A stretch of 64,000 bases of DNA from NCBI RefSeq assembly GCF_006345805.1, contig NC_043026.1, positions 5,456,001 to 5,520,000 on the forward strand, in the 5' to 3' direction. The stretch comes from Octopus sinensis (Eukaryota). The notes beneath the pieces are model-generated. The model was not told where the DNA came from and did not search any database. It saw only the letters and a list, made by a program, of their open reading frames with translations. Below are positions 62,567-64,000 of this stretch, piece after piece (position 1 is the stretch's first letter; each line of letters begins with the position of its first letter). Position numbers and translations under genes: made by a program.

Positions 62567-62720
62567 ACGATGGGCTTCTTTCAGTTTCCATCTACTAAAT
62601 CCACTCACAAGTCTTTGCTCGGCCCAAAGACACTTGCCCAAGGTGCCATGCAATGGGACTGAACCCACAACCATGTGGTTGGGAAGCAAGCTTCTTACTA
62701 CAAAGGCACTCCTGCCTACA
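62567..62720 (-). mobile_element. SINE family 1 head
   Basis: gatgggcttctttcagtttcc...atgggactgaacccacaaccatgtgg. Confidence 0.8.
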
Positions 62721-63709
62721 TATATATATATATATGTATATACATACATACATACATACATACATACATACAAAACTATATATGCAGACGTGTGTGTGTT
62801 TGTGTGTGTGCATACTTACATATACATAGATAGTCACACACACACACACACACACACACATGTACTGAAGAGCCTTGTGGTTTGCTAGAAGCCTTGTCAT
62901 TGGAGACTGACAGCTTCTTACGATGTAGAAAGGCAAAAGTCATCTTTTTATATTTCGGGAAATATGTAAATGTTACTTAACTGACCCTTTCCACATTGGA
63001 AGGGGCTCTCCATCTTCATCATTTTATTAGTTTCATATGTGTGCGTGTGTCCATTTGTATTGATTGGAGGGTCAGCGGTTCTCTCCCAGATGGGTCTCAG
63101 GATGTCATTTAGCGTTTAATATTTATTTTGGGTTTCGTTTCTATGGTGTGTTGTCCTTCCTAACATCAACTGTCTTACAGTGTCCTTGGTGCCTTCTTGT
63201 TCTGGATCCAGCCCAGGAGGGGATTAGAAGTGAGAAAGAGCGAGATATAAGGCATCTCAATAAATGATGAGAGTGAATGGTTGATATCAATATCAAATGG
63301 ACATTGGTGGGAGCGAGTGTATGGGGTACATGTACATCTGATGAGCTCCCTTATATGTGGACCCCAAACAGTACCAGAAGACTGATGTGCATGAGAGGGG
63401 TGTTTGGTGGGGGTGATATATGTCTCTTGGCTCTCTTGTTACAAGGGAATTGATGTAGAGGGAGCCATCGGAAAGATCCAGTGCTATCGTTAGTCACATC
63501 AATATGAGAGAAGAGGAGAGGGGCAGAAATGGAGATGAATAGGGGTATGTGATTGGAGAGGGGAGTGGTAGAAGGGGTAGTAGACACTGATGGGGTGGGG
63601 GGTATCTATAATGTGTATAAATTACAGTGAGAAGAGTCAAAATCAAAATCAAACCAAATCAATCATAAATCAAATCAGAAAGCAGAACCAAATTGAGGTT
63701 GATCAACAT

Positions 63710-64000
63710 CAGTGGCACGTAAAAGCACCATCCGTTCGTGTCCGTTGCCAGCCTCGCCTGGCCCCCGTGTCAGTGGCACGTAAAAGCACCATCCGTTCAG
63801 TCCGTTGCAGCCTCGCCTGCCCCCGTGTCAGTGGTACGTAAAAGCACCATCCGTTCGTGTCCGTTGCAGCCAAGCCTGGCCCCCGTGTCAGTGGCACGTA
63901 AAAGCACCATCCGTTCGTGTCCGTTGCCAGCCTCGCCTGGCCCCCGTGCCGGTGACACGTAAAAGCACCATCCGTTTCGTGGCCGTTTGCCAGCTCTGTC
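63710..64000 (+). repeat. ~61-bp tandem repeat, ~5 copies (RTE 3'UTR family)
   Basis: cagtggcacgtaaaagcaccatccgttcgtgtccgttgccagcctcgcctggcccccgtgt starts at 63710, 63771, 63829, 63889 and 63950; runs off the window end. Confidence 0.9.

Overview
Eukaryotic, repeat-dense DNA. An octopus-like cephalopod origin is inferred from the tRNA-headed SINE families, the dense microsatellites and the [16 protein letters not shown]-type zinc-finger arrays; no database was searched. Gene content: (i) four paralogous C2H2 zinc-finger loci with single coding exons, A and B on the minus strand (16.6-17.6 and 22.8-25.5 kb) and C and D on the plus strand (32.5-34.0 and 40.2-40.8 kb). They share a homologous upstream cassette and a 5'UTR splice acceptor (deleted in D), and B-D also share an MEKSEK start. 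(ii) One uninterrupted 5.4-kb minus-strand ORF (47403-52808, 1801 aa). It appears to be a short helical N-terminus followed by six diverged ~230-295 aa NHL/beta-propeller-like modules. A candidate TATA promoter and first exon for it lie near 62 kb, and a diverged copy of that promoter/exon lies at 6 kb. The rest is transposon debris: mariner, hAT, Gypsy, RTE and HERO-like LINE fragments, Helitrons, piggyBac-like MITEs, foldback elements, SINEs, hairpins, a 52-bp minisatellite and microsatellites. No rRNA, tRNA gene or CRISPR array is supported. All coordinates were counted by hand; ends of degenerate repeats are approximate.
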